Shown piece by piece: positions 38,101 to 54,030 of a stretch of 64,000 nt of DNA. The notes under the pieces are model-generated. The model was not told where the DNA came from. It saw only the letters and a program-made list of their open reading frames with translations, and made no database searches. Both the position numbers and the translations under genes were made by a program. Each line of letters begins with the position of its first letter. The first letter of the stretch is position 1. The stretch spans positions 1-64,000 of the forward strand of contig JAQGDQ010000376.1 of the NCBI GenBank assembly GCA_030141605.1, given 5' to 3'. This DNA is from Tubiluchus corallicola (taxonomy: Eukaryota; Animalia; Priapulida).

Positions 38101-41100
38101 AATATTTTTTTACCAAATGTTACCAAAGTTTGTGGGCCCCCAATTTTGCGGAGTACTAGGCTGCTGTCTACACGTGCCTGTAGGATGATCCGGCCCTGTC
38201 TACAGCTAATCTCATATTCGTATGAAATCTTTTGTCTTCTGAAGCCTCCCCACTAGTTCACTTATGTCTTCCTTCTTCCTCACCTGATGTCATCTCACGT
38301 CGCCATCAGCGTACTAATTGATCTCGTTTCCTTATCACACATTGATGACCTAAGACAGCCGAATTCATGTTGTTACTCTAGAATTAAATTAATATTAGGG
38401 CGAGTAAAGCAACCACCGGGCAGCTTCTGTTTCCTGCCTTATGCATTAAATACATGTAATGCCATTATTATTATTAATGTTGAATAATTAACGTTACACT
38501 AACAGTATGACTTGCTGCATATTATGAGAAGTCTTGCCTAACTACGCATGAGGCAACTGCTACCAAATTTAAATGTTCAAGTGAATTACTGCTTTAAGCT
38601 ATTTTACTCCACTGCGTAACTGCCAATTAGCCTTCTGTAAAAATATTTTTCATCGTAAATTTGAGTAACACGAGCCTTTAATATAACCCACTATAGTCTG
38701 TAACACACACGTTCTTTGGGTGAAATTTTTGCGTGAAGGGCTTTACATTTTATTAACTTTAGTTTTTTGTAGTGTGTTTTACTAGAGGTTTTGACTGATG
38801 GTACTACATGAAATCACCATGTGTTTCAATATAATATCTAATAATGTTCTCCCGATGATTTTGCTGGCTGTCTAATTTGTATGAGGCCTTTTAACAAAGC
38901 ATTCTCTTTAAAATTAAGTGATGTGCAGAAATTTTCTGCCTATAGTGCATGTTCAAAGGACTATTTGTCGCAAATTTAAGTTCTACGGTAAGTTTAGTAT
39001 ATTTTGCTGGTCGTATTAGATTTGTTGCTGTTATAAGATATGTGCCATATAATGGCTGTTATCAAGGTACTAAGCAAGACTTTAGCATTAACAATATCAA
39101 GGCAATACCGCTCGTCAAAAATATTAATTATTGGTTGGAAAGCAGTGGTTTGCCGACTTTCCAAAGAGTGTTCGCGCTCTCGGGCTTCAACTCCAGTTTC
39201 TGTAGGGGCAATTACTTATTCAATAAGTAGTTGGTTGCTCTCATTCCTGGTTGTGTAAGAGCGTCATTATTTAATAATAATTACTAGCTTTTGTTGTAAT
39301 TGCTCCATTAACTATAATTATTTCAAGTTAGAGTTTCATACGTAATTTCCTAATAAAATCCAAATAATTTCCCTGTGGACAGGGGAAGCACTTAAACCTA
39401 ACGGACGTGACAGGTAAAATAAAAACAACGCACACTCGAACAGCGTTAATAGGGTCTAAGGGAAAAAACGATATCCTGTAAAATAGTCTGCGAACACAAA
39501 AAAGACCAGGGAACCTCGCGTAACACTGCCGAAAAAAGTCTGTATTGAGTTTTGGGCCACGTCGAGCCATTTAGGGGACGGCTGCTGTCGAAAAAAGTGT
39601 GCAAGCGTGTTCCATAAAATGGAACAGCGAAGCCTTAGTTTGTGCATGAATCATGAGACGCTTCTTAAACCGTTACGTCACGCATTTGCAAAATTCAGTT
39701 TATTATGAATTTTCTCTGATACTGAGCCGTAGGATAGCTGCTATCTTGATATAACTTTGTTTTATGAATTTTTAAACACTTTTAACATCAGCTAATCTTC
39801 ACAATATACTGTTCTTCTTTTGTCTTAGAAATACAAGTTTATAGCTTTAGTGTTTTTTAGGTTTTTAGGTTGTGGCTGAAAAGCCTTTGCATGTTAAAAA
39901 ACTACCTGCCGGAACAATCTCAGCTAATTATCAATTGAAAAATAGCCACATTAGCGTATGGCTAAAGCGTTCAGTACATGTGAGCAAAACAATAAAGAAA
40001 TTAAGCAGTTTACATGGTTTGCATTACATAAATAAAACACTGATAAAGATTTGTCAAAAATTGGACTTAATCTCTGGGCAATATACGATTGCAAATATTG
40101 TTGAGTGGTCAATATATAATATGACTGGACAATATACGACGGACCAAAATGTGAGAAACTCCATCAGCTGTTGGAAGAAACATCTTCGTCTAGTTTTTGC
40201 AAAATTGCGGACACGCAGAGCACTTGCTGCAAAGTTTAACAATAGTGACACGTAAAATTTTTCCGGTATTAATCTTTTAAACTTGTTGAGTTAGAACTTA
40301 GAATGTATCTTTGGAAATATCTAAAGGAATGATCTAAAATTTGTGGTCGTGCTTATAATTAAGCATATACAACATCACTGGGATAATTTTCAGTAAAGAT
40401 ACAACTCATGTAGGTAAGTCAAAAGATTTTGCAGTTTTTTAAGATATACGATATTAGAAATGTTCCTCCTATATTATGTGAGTAATCTTGACTTTGGCTC
40501 ATTTATAAGAACCTTCTGAACCTTCTAAGTTCCATACAAGCAGTATTATTCAACAGAGAGGTAATTCATCGGGGAATTATGGCATAATGAATGATTGTGT
40601 AAGCATGCGTGTGGTTCATATTATGACGTGTGCTGACACTCTCTGTGATCTCACTTTTTCTCTCCTTTTAAGCCCGAGCTTTCTCATTTTATACCGAGTG
40701 CGTGCAGCAAAGAATTTTATTGAGCAATGGAGTAATTTAGTTTGAGATTAAAGTGATTAAATGTAGATTATTTATCGTCACCTGCCGAGGCGACAGAACC
40801 GACTGTACGGCTTCATTTGCAGCATCATAAACATGTAATTTAGCCAGCTGCATTCAGGTAATTTACTACCTGTGCCACAATCTGCAGCCCGTCTGTTGGT
40901 GTCTTAGCGACCTGTTCTATCTACCAATTGAATCTGCATCACGACATAACACGCAGAATGCAATTGAAATAAATTATATACGATGCATAGCGCAACGCGC
41001 ATTATTATTCAAATCTGCTACATTTTACTAGTATTCTGTGTCTACTATATTTTATTTGTATTCTACGTACTTCATTTTTGTATATAAGCATTTAATTTTT

Positions 41101-44100
41101 TTCCAGAAACAGAAAATAGCTTTAATGTGACAACAAATTAGCACAGGCTAAAAATCCGAAATTCTTAGCACATGTATAATTTTATATGTCGCACTGTAAT
41201 AAAAAGAAGTAAATAACTATTGAAGATAATACATGTAAATGTGAGCTATTTGCGTATGCTTATTGTTTATATTTGTATTTAATGTTTATATTTGCGTATG
41301 AGTTGTTGTTTTCGTTTAGAAGATTTCCAACTTATTAATCCATTTTCTTATTTTTATTTTTAGCAATACTCTCATTCTATTATTCTTCTGACACTCGTGT
41401 AGATAAAAAATGGAATTTGATGAACTGGTAGAAAAATTTAAACTCGTAGAATTGATGAAGATCGGGTGGACTAGCGGATTGGGATGAATCTTTCTGTTAG
41501 CTTAAATGGGTTTGAATGAAGTCTACGGCAGCAATCATACAAGAATGAACTATCTTTCTTAAAGCCTATTTGCATGGTGCACGGTCTTAGACGTATGCGT
41601 TTTTCGCATGCGTATTGGATGCAAGGGTGAATCTGTTTACATGTAAACAATGACAAAGAAAATTGCCTTAGTGTCCTTTCTTGTGCTTCTTGAAATGGTC
41701 ACACCAATAATTGTTTACATGTAAATCTATTTACAGCCAATGTATGATATTGGAGAAAAGTCGTGATTAAAACATAAACATAAAGTAGAATTTTGTTTAA
41801 TAAAATAAACTTGGCATTCTCAGTTCTTAATTTTTGCTAGTAATCTTTTAATGGATAATATTCTTTTTATTTATTTTTTGATTTTCTTTCTCTTGTAGTG
41901 TTGCCTCACCCACTGTTGCTGTGTCAAACGTAGATTTATTATCCATCAAATCCAGTGTTTCTGATGATGTGTAATATCTTTGCAAATTGACTGGCAAAGT
42001 AGTATTGCTAGTACAGAACGCTCTAAATTTTGCAAAAAAAAATTAAAACTGTCTTGGCAAAGCTACATATTGTTACATAATACAAAAATCAATTTCTTTC
42101 ACCAATTTCTGAATTATCATTTTTTTCATTGTAAGTTGGTATCAATAAAAAAACACCAAGTCGCGATTTAAGAGATGAGTTTAAATGAAAATGATGCTTA
42201 TTTTCCAATTCTATTGAATGATTTACACAAAAAACTCACACAAAATTGAATGAATAAAGTTAAAAGTAAATCTCAAGACCCGATACTTTTACTGTCACTG
42301 TTGCCCAGATGTCGTGCTATTAAAATTTTTTCCTTCTTCGAAGTGACTTAACCTCACTTATATGATTGGCTGGATTGTAAAATATACGGTGAATTTCGGA
42401 CGTATGCGCCCGATTCATGCGCCAATATAGCACCGTTTAAACAGGACTTCAATCAGTTTGCAGATTTTCAGCTAGCCATACCAAGGTCTCTTAAAACCAC
42501 AATGCAGCACACTGATTTTTTATGGACATTGTCGTAATAAAGTCGCCACATTTCTTGGCTATAGTATGTAGACTATTTAGTACTCACTTTTGCTTCTTGC
42601 TTAAAATGAATAATGATTTTATGAAGCCATTTGATGCAGCGATTGCCGTTCTATTATCTATTAGAAATACGGAAAATCGAGGAAAATGATCCCATCTAAG
42701 GACCTGCTTGCCCATTGTTAGATATCGGCCTTATCTTACTACTTCGTTACAGTGTTTTAACAGGCCCCTTTATGTAGTGCCGATCAGTTATAATTTTCTA
42801 GCTGTTAAGCAGATGCTATTAAATCTGTAGTTTCGCTTAGTGTATTATACATATAATGTGAATTGTAACACAAAAATGGGTAAAACGTTAGAACGCCATG
42901 AAAGCTGATACAGACAGAAGAATTTGGCGAAATATTGTTCATTTTTACACTCTGTCGACTGAGTTTGACATTTCGCGTGTTAACGGTTTTTTCCCGGGTT
43001 TCATCCGGCCTACATGACGTCAGTATCGGAAAAGTGTTTCTGAGAGGAAATGAGTTGTCGTGTAATGAAATCTCCGTACAGCATTGCTTACCACTGTCAC
43101 TACTAATCGCCTTATTGCTCTCTGCAAACTTTCGTGGCTCTGTTTGATGGAAAAATCAATGTAGCTCTAAACCGAGCTTTGATGCTCGTCCAGCATAGAT
43201 AGTATGCTATATCTGACAGATATAATAAATTGCTCTTACACCGAATTAGCTTGTAGCGATTTAGTTTATGCATTGTTCTGCACTTCGCTGAAAAATATAA
43301 CATTTACACAATACGGACGCAACTAAACCAACTAACTTTATCTACAAGTTTATATAAAACCGTGCTTCTTACAAGATTCTTGCCTTTATTGTGCGGAAAA
43401 GTGTAGCACCGGAACCTTAAGTAGCCAACCGACTAGCTTGTAACTTTAATTATAAAGAAGCAGTGTAAGAAAACACTTTGTAGATAAAGCTCAAAAATTC
43501 GTCTTGAAATTTTTTATCACTTACATGCTGACTTACTGCGTTATACATACAAGGCTTATGTTAGCACTTAGCAGTAACGCTGTATAAATCTTTTAAATTT
43601 AAATTGACGCGATTACTGTTAGGTGCAGGTATTTTAGCGGTTAGTCACTTGAAACAAGTTTAGATAACATTGCTTAAAGTTTGAAAAATAATCGGAGTAT
43701 TTATATCACACTCTTCACTAACTAAGTGAAAGTTTAAATAACTTTATAAAGTCATTAAGATACATAATGTGCTTTTGGTGAATCAGTGGTGCACACTGGG
43801 ACGGCGATGCAGTGTCGTTTTACCAGGTGGCGGGAATATTTTAATTGACTAAGAATTTTTTTCTAATTAGATAAATCTTTCAAACAGGTGACCGTAATGC
43901 AATGCTAAGTAATATGATTTTGTATAGAATACTATTTATTTATAATTAAAAATATTTTTAACGGTGCTAGGCTTCGTTTTTGGAAATTTAGTGTTAATTT
44001 AGTTTAACCTAGTTTTAAGATACTGCAGGGGAATTTGAACCTAGTTTAGTTACGCTTCTGGTAACTTAAAACTGGGTTTGATAATGCTTGGGGGCTATAT

Positions 44101-46998
44101 TTAAACTGGTACACCGGTATCGACAACGTCTGTCTCATTTGGCTACGAGTTTTCTTTATTTTTTATTTTTTGAGAGTTTTTCTTAGTTTTTGGGAGTGTG
44201 TCTGACGTGGAAAGTTGCTATTGTTTTACCTTAATCATACACAAGCATATGCAAACAATATCGCTAGGCTAGCTTGGGTATAAAGACGGTGATACATGCG
44301 CTAAGGGACTCCAATATTCATTATACGTAAATGGGGCCGTTATGAACGGCGTCATTTGCTTCGCAAATCGCTTCTCTATTCTCGCTATTCAATATTCCGC
44401 AAAGGTTAAACCGGCTGTGGGTCTCTAGTGGGATATTCAGCTGCTTCAGTAGTTTCGTTAATCTGCTTTTCCTCCATATAAATACGCAGCATAGCAGTTG
44501 CTTTTTCTATTATTCTCTGCTCTGTGAACAGATTGTAGAGGCTGTTAAGAAACTTGAGAATGACAAAGAGATGTGGTAGCACAGCACTCCCTTGATCACA
44601 ACACATGGAAATTCAGAATGTTACCTAACTTTTTGTGACAAACTTAAGTGATTGCAGTTTTTCCTCTTCCGTCTTTTTTCATCTTTTTCGTCTTTTCCAC
44701 TCGTCTTTTCTTTTTTCTTTTTGCTTTTCCTCTTCCATTCATAAGGTGCCTGTGTTAATATTATTAGTGATATTTTTAATTAATATTTTTTTTGCAACGG
44801 TTTGTTTATTTTTATCTGCCTTTTCCTCCCTGATTTTGAGGCTGTCATTCTCATAATAAATTTTACTGGTAATCTTTTTTTGTAACAAGATTTTCTTGTC
44901 ATTACACACTAGACGCTGAACGCCTATGAACACATCGCTAGAAAACAACTCGGGTAACCAGGAAGTCATTACGTATGCATAATCTGACTGCATTTACTAC
45001 TGCTGACTTCAGCCCCGGGCTTCAGCTGGACCTAGCTAGCTTAAAATTAGATTGTTGCGATAGATTTGCGTAAAGTAATTACGTCAATAATGGCTGAGGC
45101 AAGGTCGAGAACGTTGTGGTTATCAATGGTATCTATTATGTTTAGTTTCCAAAGGACTGGTTGAATTATTAATAGATGTCAATTGTTATGTGGAGGATGT
45201 TGTTTTCAACCTTAGCGAAACACACACGCAAAAACCAGCAACATACATTTCTGTAGCTCTTTTATAATACTCTTCATGTTCATGATACTCAATGTTACTC
45301 AATATTTGCGGTTCAAGCGTTACTAATTGGGAGGCTGTTGAGTTTCACGGGATTGTAAACCGTAATGTGCTTAAAGGGATTCTAAATTGTAATACAGTTT
45401 GAGTTTTATTTAGTTTTATCAAAAGTTACCAATCTATTGGGACATTGGGCTACGTGAAAACCTTCATTGAAGTAGTAACGCATTATTTTTACCGAAAAAA
45501 TAAAAAACTAACCAAGCGGTATGTAAGCTGTTAATGAGAAACGCACACTTTGAACCGTTCATACGTGACCGTTTCAACAAATTCTTTGCATTTTCTGTTT
45601 AGCTTATAGCGCTATTTTTCGTCTTATTTTTTCGTTTTCTGCAATTTATAGTATTCTCTCAGCCTCAACGTAGCTACGAGTTCTATTCTATGGTTAATTG
45701 GTTAATACCTACGCTAGGCTCAGAACAATAGTGTAACAATCATAAGCGCAAATTTTATTTAAAACTATTACAAATCTCTAGGTAACACTGGTGATGATGC
45801 GGTTCTAACTAAGAATGCAGCTACGCTAGTCACTGGACAAAGTTGTCTCGTTAGTTTGGATACAGCTAAAATCGCAACTGTTTACTAGAAAGGTTTTTAC
45901 AATAAATAGTTTTCTGTAGAACGAACGTGTATTACTTTCAGTATTAAGTTAATTTACTTTGGGGAAGGCAAAATGATTCGGCAATAATGTAGATACCTGC
46001 TTACTAAATCATAGACATGAAAGAAGTTAGCGATGGAACCATCCACACAGATCTATCCATATTATGCAATAAATAGGTCACAGTCGCAGAGGTGTCTGTT
46101 GGCAGTCTGCCAGCTTCCAATTTCTAGCAATTACTCTTGCACTTGTATTCCACTTGTATCTTGTATCAGAAAATCGAGAAGAAAAATAGTGATCCGCAAA
46201 TAAAAAATGTATCAGTAGGCTACTTATACCAGCCGATAAAGCAGTTGTATGCACGATTAATTGATTGATCACTTAGTAGCAGTCTCCCAGTTTTGCTTAC
46301 TAATTTAGAGTTCGCGTAAAAGTAAACAGCAGCGTGTCTGTAAAGGCACAAAAATAGGAAGAAATAAAGAAGGGACAAAAGCAAAAACAGCAAAAATTGT
46401 AACAGAAAATGCAAATAATTTTTAAACTATTCGTATTGTTTTTCTTAATGTAGATTCTACCATACAGAATTGTTTTGTTATAGTTTTTATTTCAAAATAA
46501 AATAAAATGTTCGTGATACTTGTGAAAGCTTACTTTCAACATACTTTCTCGATGAATGATGAGTTCTATTAATAGTCCTCTGTACACTTAGCTCGTGTAA
46601 ATGATAATTTCTTGCACTCTTAAATTGTCAAAGTAATTCTTTGGTTCAGATTTTTTCAGGCGCATATTGCATTGTACCTACATGCTTGCACCATGGTACA
46701 GGTCACATATAGTATTACATGTACATTCCATTACCTAAAGAAGTTTATTAAAAATAGGCCTATTATGCGTATTGAGCAGCCTTTGCCCACGCCACCCCAC
46801 GCCATGTAGTTTGACCAGTTTTGACATTTGAAAAGTCATTGCAGCCTAATTTACAAATCACTTTGGTCTCTACATGCTTTAAATACAGGAAAAAGTACAT
46901 CACGTCAGTTGGCTGGAAAGGGAAGTTGGAAAGCTAGTGGAAGGGGAGTTAAGGGGAGCTAAGCAACGTAAAATGATTTAAGATCAACAGATAAAGAA

Positions 46999-47085
46999 AA
47001 TAATCATTTACTATAATTATGGTTTAATAATCATTTACTATAATTATGGTTTAATAATCATTTACTATAATTATGGTTTAATAAT
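46999..47085. repeat. Minisatellite, 3 x 27 bp
   Basis: (aataatcatttactataattatggttt)x3 followed by aataat. Confidence 0.95.
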
Positions 47086-50000
47086 TTTCAATTACTTTAT
47101 ACGAGTCGACTTGACTTAATAAAAAAAAAATTTTCCTTATTTTTAAATTTCATGTCACACGTAACTCGCTACTAGTTTCAGTAACGCATGCTAGGAATCT
47201 GGGATTTCGTGTGCCGAGAAAAATGTAGCGATGGAGAATTCTTTCATAAATGGCTTCATGAACTTCACCTCTGCCAAATACACAACTAAAATAATCGATC
47301 TGACTTTTAGGTAAATTTTAAATAGCAGGATTTTACATTAAAATTCCTTTTCAATTCAAAACTAAAAAAGAGCTCTAGATATTATAATATAGATTTAATA
47401 AGCAAACAAGTGAATAGCCTATCAGAGTATAATAATATTTTAAACACTACTAGACTTATTTTAACTGAAGTGGACCTACATGCCTGCAAGATTATCAAAA
47501 CGTTTAGACTTGAACGTTATCAAAAAAAAATAATTCAGAAGCTCATTCCAGCTAATTGTTATAACAATTTTCACATGTCAGGTACTGTACAATGAAAATT
47601 AATTAGAGGCATCTAGACTAGAGGGTGAATTTTAAGCTAGATGAGTCTAAGATGACTGTACGAATATTGTTAGAGGCTAAGTGTTAACAATTAAGACTAG
47701 GAAAAGTATGCTAAAGGTGAATCCCATTCCCAACCGAGAAAATCAAAGCTTTACTGTGCTATTGTTTAAAAATTTATAAAATTATTTTTTCCTTTCCGTT
47801 TTGCTGCTGTTCGCTGTATGCATCGATTTTTAGCAGATAGCTTAGGCACTGTTTCCTATCAGCAAGGAGGGCACTGTCCCGCTTCTCTAATATACCTATT
47901 AGTATTAAATTAGTTGCCCAAGTCGTACGCGTGACCAGATGACGTCAGAGCTTATGCTCACAGGATGATTGGGTAAATTTTTGAATATAAAAAATTGTAT
48001 TTAGGATTTCGTGAAGCGTATTGCTTATTTTTTTATGAAATTGCTTTAATAAGACGGCAAATGTTTTGAACTTATGTTGTTTTACAGTTTAGTATCCCTT
48101 TAAGATATTTTGTTTCCAAACTGTTTTATCCCGAACTTACGGCGGTAAGGCATTAAAACTTACGCTTCTCACTTCGAGACTGGTTACTACTGACTTTTTT
48201 AAATTTATTAAAGAAAAAGCATTCAGCTGTACCCAGATAGTCTAATTCATAGTGGAGATTACTTAACATATTTACATATTTTCATCAAAAATATAGAAAA
48301 AAGGTTTTGTTAAAAAACTGCAATGCCTGTACAACACGAAAAATTTCGTGCTTTAAAATTTAAAGGTTTTTAACGCGATTATAATGCAGTCGAAGGCTCT
48401 GATAATGCGATTTTGAATTTCTGAATATCATCCGTAGTTTCTGAAGACGAATTTGGGTAGTTGTAAGTTAGCTGCCAACACGATTGGTCTGCGATCTTGA
48501 CCATGTGCTGTATTGGCTTTGCAAGTTCACTAGAGGGCGGTAGGTAAAGCCAATAGATGGAAAATTGAACTGACACCTAAAGTCAGTTGCAGAATCAAAT
48601 GTTGGGAAAACTTAATTACAGATGCCAAGTACGGCTGCAGTTTAATGCAGGTTTCTGTAGTGCAATTCACAATGCTCTTGATACATTTTTAATAGGAACG
48701 ATAAACAATAATAATAATAGCATTTTATTTCAAAAATATTTGTAGTAGGCCTATGGCAGAAAAATAGTAAGTGCCAACAGAAATATGAGTCACAAGTTAG
48801 TATTCACACCATAGTTTAGTGTCAATTAGTGCAGCAGTTCAGCTACATTTATTATATCGTAATACTATATTCATTGAGTGCTTGGTATGCTTTAGAAGAA
48901 ATCCGCGTAAAATGCGCTGTTTGGTTATTTATACGTACTAGCAGCCAAATCGAAAACACCAGAACAATTAATGAGCGAATTACTGGCTTAATGTCAATAT
49001 GATTATCAATATCAAGATTAAGACTAACTGTTATAAACCTTTTATGTATCTCTTCGTTAATGCATGATAATTATGCGTTGAGCAGCAGCGTTTTTACACA
49101 CACTAGATTAGCTATTGTTTCCAGCTTTAATTATACGATCGCATTGCTTATTTATTTTCTTGAAAACTTTATATCCTATGCTTTAAAAGTTATCTGGCAA
49201 GTATGGAAGGACAATTCCCATAATGTTAACAGCGTGTACCGCCAAAATGCCTGGCGCCTAAATGGCGGTGCCTAAATGGTTTGTTCCCATGGAGTTATAC
49301 TCCGTTCTAATCCTAACGTGAATCTTATTAATAGTTTGTCGAGTCCTAGATACAGTAGTACTTATATGGTCCCACACAAGAAAGATAGTAAATCAGACTT
49401 CTATCTAACTGCATCCAAAAAATATCAAGAAATTGGAACAGCTTTCCTATGCTCGCGCAAAGGCTTGCTTGGTGCTAACTACTTACACTCGCGTTGATTA
49501 AGAACGATAAGCTCGGTAGATCACATCCTCTGTTATTCCAGGTGAATAACCGCGACAGTATGGCAGATTAAACTACCCAGAAGTTTTCCCAAATAGTCCA
49601 ATTTATTTACCGACCTGACTCGACAAGTGCACACCGTGACACTTACTCAACTGAACCCCTCGCTAGGTACATCATTATGTCATCTGCTTCTGGGCGGTTT
49701 TTCTGCCTGCCAAGTTATACCTCGGTTAATTACATCGGATGGTGGAGTGTTATTTACAACATGGGTGAAGCATCTTTGTCAGTCAGTATCTCATCTAAAA
49801 AGATTACATTAATTTTAGTTATAAGACAAAAAAAATCGTTTCTCTTGAAATTGATTATACACGTAATAGGCTATTTCTGTTACTGTTTTGCTGAAGAAGA
49901 CGTAGGAGTGCACGAAATGCCACCTCAGCACTGATCTGCAATTGAACAAAAAAACTTTGCATTTCTACATTGCTCTTTTCCATAACTATATTCTAGGGTT

Positions 50001-53000
50001 TCGAAAGCCTTCTGACCAACATTTAGCGCCGGAAACTGCTGATGTCAAAATATTTTACGATACCCCATAATAGAAGACAGTACCAATGAACATAAAAAAA
50101 GATTTACGTTTTCATTCGAGCTGTCAGATACGATTGAACAATCTTTCTGCAACCTTTCAATGTGGACGCCTAGCTGGCTTCTTAACAACACAAGTACCCA
50201 GTCCAAGCCAGTTCTGTAGATAAAGACAGCGAACGAAGCAGCTCGTTGTGTAAATAAGTTGGCAGAACTAATGTACCGAAACAGGCTGAACGCTTGTTTA
50301 CAGATTCGTTTTAAAACAGAGGAAGGAAATGAGGTAAAGCCTGGAGCAGGCGGCCAGTTACTCAAATGCCAAGCACTGGTTGAGACAAGAAAGACTACAG
50401 TATTTTGCATTTATATTTTAATACGTCTCCTTCGTTAAAAAACCCGGCACCGGTTACTAGTAACATTTTGGCTCTTGAGCTACATGAAATTTTCTCAAAT
50501 TTAGCATCAAGTCCTGATTGTTCTTTAGTTGTTACTGTCAAATGGGTTCTTGAAATTGCTTAGTTATTCGGAACTGCAGAACATTTGACACCACGAATAC
50601 AAGAAAATCCGCTAGAAATACGGTCAAAAGTCGCCTAAGGGCTAACCAATTCTCTACAATCTTTCCTGGAGCAGAGCTCGGAAATTAACCCTGAACCACG
50701 ATTAAATACAAAAAAGGCTACTGTTGGTTTATGATTCACAGTTACGCGGAATGGTAGCAAAAATGATGTTATAGTTATTAAATTTCCGAATTCTGGCAAT
50801 ATGTTAATTTCGCATTACAGACCTGTCCGGTTAAGTTTTTATCATGAGAAATATAGAACTTTATACTTGCTGGCTAAGCATAGACTTAATTTAAAGTTGG
50901 GCTGATTAACTTACGTGCGAAGAATTTTTTAGAGACAGCTACTACAACCTGCAGAATGATGATGTGCATGTATACCAGTTTGCCTTGCATTGCAAGTTTT
51001 GAATGAATATACTGAATGAAAATTATTGAAGACTACGAGTTGATTTACTTTCTGCAATTTTTTACTTAGCATTTCAGATGACCTTTACTAAACCACCTTT
51101 TACAAGAACTTCCACAATAAAATGCCAAACATGACGTTACATGGATTATGCCCCGTCTTATAGCATCTTGAGCTGGATGTGATTGTGACTGCGTATATGC
51201 TTCCCAGCTATATCCGGACGAAAAAGCTTTGGTAAATAAAACCGAATCATTCTAGCCAGGCTGTAATCCGAGCAACACAAAACCAAAAATGTTCATTGTG
51301 AGTTTGGCATGGAAATTTATGTTTATCTCAATCGATTAGGAAAATATCTGTGAAGCCAAATCGCAGGCGTGTGTAGAGCAGCGTGCTTAAAGATCGCTTT
51401 CTTTGCTAAGATCTGATTTCACCGAAGCGATTACTAATTACTGGGTGGCTTTAAGTACTCACGTAGAAGTAATAACGATAGTATCAGAAAAGGTTTATTC
51501 CGACGTCATACAAAAATAAGCCGTTTCTAGTGCTTAAATGACTGTAGTTCATCATAATCACAATATAGCGGTCCAGCTACCTTTGCTATTTTGTTCATTG
51601 TTTTTTTGCGATATTTAATTGATATTTGGTGTGGGCACTTGGCTTCCTGTAAGATGCCCAGGTGCGTTTACTTGTTAAATATTAAAAAGCGCTTTATTGC
51701 AAATCTAGCCACTTGTGTATCGCAAAAACTACTATCTGCACATGATAATGCAATCAAGTTACTACAAGCTGAACAATGCACAACCTGAATTATTCGCGTG
51801 GTAGCTAATTCTAGCTACCATTAGAAGTAAACGCTTTTGCAAGACTATTATGTAGGTTTAAACTAATGCTGCATAGGCCAACACTTGAATTTTACAATGG
51901 TACTGAAAATTGTAAAATGGTGCATTTTGGTTTTGAAGCCGGATCTAGTGCAAACGCTCTCGAACGAGGATCTATTCTGCTTTTCTGTGACTGTAGCATA
52001 GTGGTCCGTAGATAGGTTGTCCGTGAAGATCCCCACATCAAGGAATCTTCCTTTTTGTAGTTCGGCTAGCTGGGTCAAAATACAGCAGTAGCAAGAGTAA
52101 GCTTTGCCGGCCTTGCACGATTTAGTCAGAGGTAGCTGATTATACATTGTTCTAAACAATGGAAAATTAATCCACAAATCTAACGTGTAAATTATGTGTC
52201 ATTAAAGGCGTGAGTTAAAAATGTCAAGGTGTATCTTAGCCTAATTTTGCAATGTAAACCGTATTATACTATCAATATCTTTTGACATTTTACATGTATA
52301 AAAATGAACACATTGATTGTCCTTTTTGTACCAAGCTGCCAAGACCAAAGTTACAGGTAAAAATTTTAATTAACAAATACATGTAGTGTATATACTATTA
52401 TTGACATTACGTGTGCTGGTAGTGAATGGTTTGAGGCAATCAGGTCTCGAGCTGTATGCCATTTTGCCACCGCAAGGCTTTATTAAGCAATTAGCTAACT
52501 AGACATGTTGTTGAGCTTCCTTATTTACTAAATGATTGAGCGATCCCCCTGCCAGATGGCAAATTAGGCTACTGGAATTCGTGATTTCGCGATTCTGGCT
52601 CAGCCTCACAGGGAAGCATTTGACTGGAAACATAAAAAAATGAAATGTCGAATTAATGCCTCCATAAAAACAGCGTTGTTGCTGTCCTATCTAGTTTCCA
52701 ATTTATTAATTAAATTTGAAAGTCAAAAATTACTTATTTCGGGTGTTCCGTTAATGTTATTGCTGTTACTGTCAGTATCCTAACGGTTGTTGTTGTGGAC
52801 CATCAAGGCAGCTCAGAATGAGCAAAGATGAAAACGATCAAGGACGTTGACCAAATTTAAGTTATAGCTCAGTTTTTCAAAAACAGGAAGAATATGGGCT
52901 ACAAATTGTGGTAGATTTCGTTTAAAAACATCTGCACTAGGGCGCGAGCGAAAAAAAAATTAGTTCCATTTTCAATTTCCATTTTAATGACTTTTTGTTG

Positions 53001-53753
53001 GGAGAACTGTAGAACTTATTTGACTTGTTATAATCTAATTATCTAATTATTTTTATTAAAATTGTATTCACTGCCATAGCAACTTACCACCGTTAACAGG
53101 TAAAGCATAGTAAAGGCTGCAATAGCACAGCTCACAGTGAAATGTTGCACATTTATAAATCTAATTCTGATGGTAGGTTACTTATACCACGTAAATTATA
53201 CTTTCGGCGTCAGCGTTCTTCCGCTGGTCTGTTAGTAAGACGACGATATCGCTTTTATGACTGTAATCTGTTCAAATAATTGAGTTTTGTTCCAAAATAA
53301 AACAGAATGATTAAGAAATTCATTATTGATGAATCTGATAAATTTGTTCGCTAACCTGTAGATAGTTCAAGGTAACATAATCAAATTAAAAAAACCTAGT
53401 CCAATGACCTCAAAAATTCATTGCTTGGGCCGAGAAAAAGATGACGAGGATGATAAAATTAATTAGGCCAACTCAAAGCCTAGTGATGTCAAGTTAATAC
53501 ATAACAGCATTATAGTTTTCGTTTAAAATATGCACCTATTTGAGGGCAGGCAAATTCAGACGGCTATACGATAAGGCAATGGTGCGTACCCTGCACAAAT
53601 ATCAAAACTTTACGTTGGCTGCAATTTAATTACAAATTCTATGTCTTGCCAATCCTCGTTAAGCAAGACTTAAGAAAACATAAGGAGGTAAACATTAAAA
53701 ATACTTAAGAAGACTCTTATGGCCACATAATATCAATTTCACATAGAATCAGT

Positions 53754-54030
53754 AGATTCACACGCGTTTGCTACGTGTTATACAAAATATATTTAGATGT
53801 GCATTGCTGTACATACCAAATCTATAAATTGGCGTGTATATAATAATTATAATTAGATGTCTTATGCACTAACTCAAGATAGATTCGTACAGATTCACAC
53901 GCGTTTGCTACGTGTTATACAAAATATATTTAGATGTGCATTGCTGTACATACCAAATCTATAAATTGGCGTGTATATAATAATTATAATTAGATGTCTT
54001 ATGCACTAACTCAAGATAGATTCGTACAGA
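53754..54030. repeat. Exact tandem duplication, 2 x 137 bp
   Basis: agattcacacgcg...agattcgtac repeated at 53754 and 53891. Confidence 0.95.

Noticed and set aside
46999-47085. CRISPR-like direct repeats
   Set aside because: No spacers; eukaryotic minisatellite
50045-50410. 121-aa minus-strand ORF as a nested gene (also 60698-60997, 63614-63835, 19706-19945)
   Set aside because: No recognisable domain and no consistent exon chain
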